DNA of 54,860 nucleotides, filler included, from Basidiobolus ranarum (Eukaryota): NCBI GenBank assembly GCA_040143965.1. It is 4 parts of 4 records of this genome, joined end to end, with 100 filler letters (N's around TTAATTAATTAA, not from the genome) between each part and the next. Parts side by side here need not be neighbours in the genome. Positions count along the whole stretch, not along the records: positions 41,240 to 54,860 come from JASJQH010000472.1; 3 more parts are not named here. One strand, 5' to 3'. Shown piece by piece: positions 50,978 to 54,860 of this stretch (position 1 is its first letter; each line of letters starts with the position of its first letter). The notes under the pieces were generated by a model. It saw only the letters and a program-made list of their open reading frames with translations, ran no database searches and was not told where the DNA came from. The position numbers and the translations under genes were made by a program.

Positions 50978-51446
50978 GGTTCGGGATTTTTACTATAATC
51001 CCTCCGGATGATATATCGGTCTTTTATACTAGAGCTGGCTCCTCCAAATTTGGATTTCATTATGGGAAGAATAAACTTTCGTGGAGATGAAGTTGACGAC
51101 ATCATTTTGTAATAGTTGGAAATGAACATTACACCCTTTTCCAGGCGCAATAAGCTTGCCAAAAGCTGTGATCGTGCGATATATAAAATACAACTTGGGC
51201 TTGATCAATTGATTGGGTCTCTGAATGCCCATTGTATGATGATGAGGAATGAGCAAATATGGTCAAGTTCCCAGAATGTTCCTCAAATGAAATCATACTT
51301 CTTTCATCTCTAGTGAGCTAATCTTGACAACGCCCAAGTATCACGTGAAGAAGAATAGATCGACCCAATGTTTAGTTAATACGTGTGAAGGGATTGATAA
51401 ATCCTACATCTTTTAACTTCATTGAACTCTAAACTGTACTTGCATC

Positions 51447-52283
51447 ATGTTCATTGTTAATTGGTTTTGGGATGTTCTCTCCAGCTTAGGTATGTAGTGT
51501 ATCCAACTAGAGGATTTTAGATAGCTTCCTCTAATCTTTGTCATCTGTAGGTTTGGTTAACAAAAATGCCAAGATTCTTTTCCTTGGACTAGATAATGCT
51601 GGCAAAACGACCTTACTTCACATGCTTAAGAATGATCGACTTGCCACTTTGCAACCCACATTACATCCCAGTAATTATCTGTGCTTTTTATTGCGATTTC
51701 TCTCTCTTTGCTTATTGAATATTATATAGCTTCCGAGGAACTTGCTATTGGAAATGTAAAGTTCACTACCTATGATCTCGGAGGACATCAACAAGGTACT
51801 TACCCATGAATTTATCACAAATGATTCCACCATATGGTGCTAAGGTATTTAATTTATACTTCTAGCCCGTCGCCTTTGGAAGGATTATTTCCCTGAGGTA
51901 GATGGCATAATTTACTTAGTTGATGCTCAAGATTCCGAGCGTTTCAGTGAGAGTAAGGCTGAGCTTGATGTAAGTATAGTTATTTTTTCTGAATCTTTCA
52001 AAGAGAATTATTTCATTTATTGGTTCTGAATTTCCCAAATTTTTAGGCACTTCTTTCCATTGAAGAACTATCCAAGGTTCCTTTCCTTATATTAGGTAAT
52101 AAGATCGATGCACCTGGAGCTGTATCTGAAGAGGAATTGAGAGCTCACCTCGGGCTTTACCAAACCACTGGAAAGGGAAAGATTCCTCTTAAGGATATCC
52201 GCCCCATTGAAGTTTTTATGTGTTCTGTTGTTATGAGACATGGTTATGGAGATGGTTTCCGTTGGTTGTCCCAATATATTTAA
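51447..52283 (+). CDS. SAR1: COPII small GTPase Sar1
   Basis: [94 protein letters not shown]. Confidence 0.98.
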
Positions 52284-53425
52284 GTAGCTATCACATCCAA
52301 AACCTTAAACGATGCTGTATGCCGTTTCTTTTACCATAACATTATCATTCAACATACCTGCTTCATCAAACTCGTAGCTTCTTGGGTTGTGCATGTTTCT
52401 GTGAGCACCCCTATACTTGTCAACTATACATATTGTATTTTACAAGTTTTCCCATCGAAAATGTAGATGAAAAGTTTTATTCACACTACCAATCGGTGTT
52501 TCTCTTACAAGGCAATTTTATTATTCATTAAACACAAATAACCCCTCGATGAAGTAGTTTGTCTATGCATTTGCATCATTCATTGGTAATGTTGGAAACT
52601 AAGCTTGTCCATAGGCAGACCCTTCCGCTAGGTACAACGTCACCCTCATTCTCGATCTAAATTTCTTCGGAGAATTCAATTTATTGTGGCTATGACTAAT
52701 GTACTTGGATTGAGCATAAGTTGAACTACCAAGAGAGACAAGAAGTGGTATTCCTGAAGTACGCATGCGTACACTACAGCATACCAATTGGAATAACATA
52801 TAGATGAAAAGGTACAAGATCGCACACTTTATATATTGAGAGCTTGTGGGACGCTCGGCAAATCGAAGAGTTGCTAGTCTGTCATCAATTATTAGCATTT
52901 TCTATGCTTCAATCGAGAATCACCAGAAAGCAACAATATCGATCTTATTTTGCCATATTATATTTGACACTAAGCGTCTGCTTGTGATACAACCAGAAAC
53001 TCTACTTGCAATGAAAACGCGGAATACAATCAAAAGCATCATTATGGATGGTGTTTAGATTTTATTCCAAATAGTTATTTCATTGCTGCCTATGTGTGGT
53101 CAAACCAAGAATCTTCCGGTCATTGTCGCGCTTGTCTGTTGACGGTTTGTTGGCTAATCAAATGAACTTCATTTCTACGCTAGTTATTCTATGTTACATC
53201 AATTGCTTAAATAATGTAGATAAATGTTGTGCAATAAACTCTAAATCAACCAGGATGACTGTTACATCGAGGGTATCAAATTCCCAAAACCCTAATCTTT
53301 TTGAGAGTCAATTGCCACCAATCCGCGCACACTTCAATTGTTACTTCGCAAAGTTCCTCCGTTTTGAACTTTTGACTTATACCTTGTTAAATTAAGATTT
53401 ATTATTTGACCTGCTTTGTTTTGAA

Positions 53426-54267
53426 ATGGAAGAGTGGTCTGAATCAAGAAGCCCTTTTTTATGCTCACTTCCTCGTCTTCCCAGTTTGGGGCCTAGAAAG
53501 CGCGAGATTGGCGCGTATTCCGCTGGCATTTTGGTAAGTAGCGAATATATTAATCTTACCATCTGGTCAGAATCCCTGAATAACATTTATTGATGTATTA
53601 GTTTGCCGCTGCTTGGTGGGTCTTTATAGATGCCATTGTTGTGGCTTCGACAGTTCACGACCTTCCAGTGTTCATTGGGTTTGAGGATTACGTATCCGGA
53701 ATCATATGCACTATAGGAATGATCATGTAAGAAAATCATAAGAAATATTTCATCTCTTGTTTAGGGTATTAATAACGCGTAACTTCTTTTAGTGTTAATT
53801 CCATTGATTTGAGCATTCTTCAGGGAGAGAACTTCTCCTATTCTGGAGCTGGACTTGCCGGAAAAGCTCGAATGATGTTGTTCATTGGAATGGCAGCCAT
53901 GGCTGGTGGAGTAGCTGGCTCGGTGGTAAGTACTTTTCCTAGTTCATTTGCGACTTGGACTTTCCTATCCTTAGTTTTCACCAACTTCCCGTTGCATATA
54001 AAAACTTTATCTGACGAAACTTTGTAGGCTATTTTATGTATCAAATATCTCGTCCCAGGAGTTTCCGGGTTTTACATGTATTTTGGTATTGCACCAGTCG
54101 TTCAAAACGTTACGATTTTAGTTAGGTATTTAACATGAATATCTCATCAATTCCCTCTAGAAGATTCATTTTAACTTGAACGAATTTGCTTTTTCTTTAG
54201 CTGTGCCGTTCTTTGGGTCTCACAAAATACCGAATCTGAAGGACATTACAATTTCGTTCTCAATTAA
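53426..54267 (+). CDS. VPS68: Vps68/TMEM50 (UPF0220) vacuolar sorting membrane protein
   Basis: IGAYSAGIL|FAAAWWVFIDA, FEDYVSGIICTIGMI, VNSID, KARMMLFIGMAAMAGGVAGSV, AVLWVSQNTE. Five exons. Confidence 0.88.
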
Positions 54268-54860
54268 TCTCTTTCATTTTAATGGAGTTTTAAATCAGCA
54301 GATTTGTTACATTCTTCTTTTTACTTTTTTAAATGGATTTTGTGTTTTCAAAATGGGAAAGTCCCATATTTTTTCACCTTGTGGATATTGACTTTAAATA
54401 AACGAACTTTGGGGTATCTGTATGTAATGGTAATCTTGAGCCATTCATACCGAACTTCAAAGCTCAATTATCTCATCTTACGTATTTAGTGAGGGTGGAA
54501 ATCGTATACTGAAGGTATCTTCAAGTAGTGAGAGACCTTACATGATAAGCGTTGAAGAAAGCTACGTTCCATAACTGATCTATTATGTGAACTAACGATT
54601 TGAACATCTACTAACAAGCATCTATCTCATCTCACGCTTTGAATAGAATCACTCCGCTTTGCTCTAATCGCAAATGTTTTTGAAATAACCATCAAGCCCA
54701 CAAAATATATTACCTTAAGCATAACGAGAAACCCCTAGAGCAGGAGCAGATAACAGGTAAAAAATATAGGGTTCGAAGTTCAACATCACTCATCTTCTTA
54801 ATCACAGGATGTTAGCTCTGGGTTAGAATTTCTGTAGTACTTTGATTGAGTAATTCTAAT

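Noticed and set aside
51341-51348. E-box TCACGTGA upstream of SAR1 (and CACGTG near 6981)
   Set aside because: Single short motifs are expected by chance and cannot be linked to the bHLH gene.

Overview
Intron-rich, AT-rich eukaryotic DNA. The gene content looks fungal, probably an early-diverging lineage (inference; no taxon marker is present). There are three 100-nt assembly gaps. The left 10 kb is an accessory three-gene cluster of secreted proteins that the ORF track fragments. (1) A minus-strand gene of at least 810 codons, running off the left edge. Splicing by hand gives: signal peptide, two EF-hand-like loops, a Kex2-type KR site, a 31-aa uncharged hydrophobic segment, a Cys-rich region, a PAN/apple domain and a ComEC/Rec2-type metallo-beta-lactamase-fold hydrolase (HLDEDHIGG). 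(2) A GH18 chitinase with four CBM18 modules and a C-terminal hormone-receptor-like module. (3) Head-to-head with the chitinase, an 8xLysM protein. Together they resemble a killer-toxin-like delivery system. The rest is mostly conventional: thioredoxin, a small CRIB protein, a GCK-III kinase, bHLH and bZIP factors, a sulfotransferase-like protein, a MARVEL-like protein, a DEDDh exonuclease-RRM protein, a subtilisin, CMC1, a NIPA transporter, SmE, UBC9, SAR1 and VPS68. There are also solo LTRs with 5-bp target-site duplications and a perfect minisatellite. All exon models were read by eye and no database searches were run.
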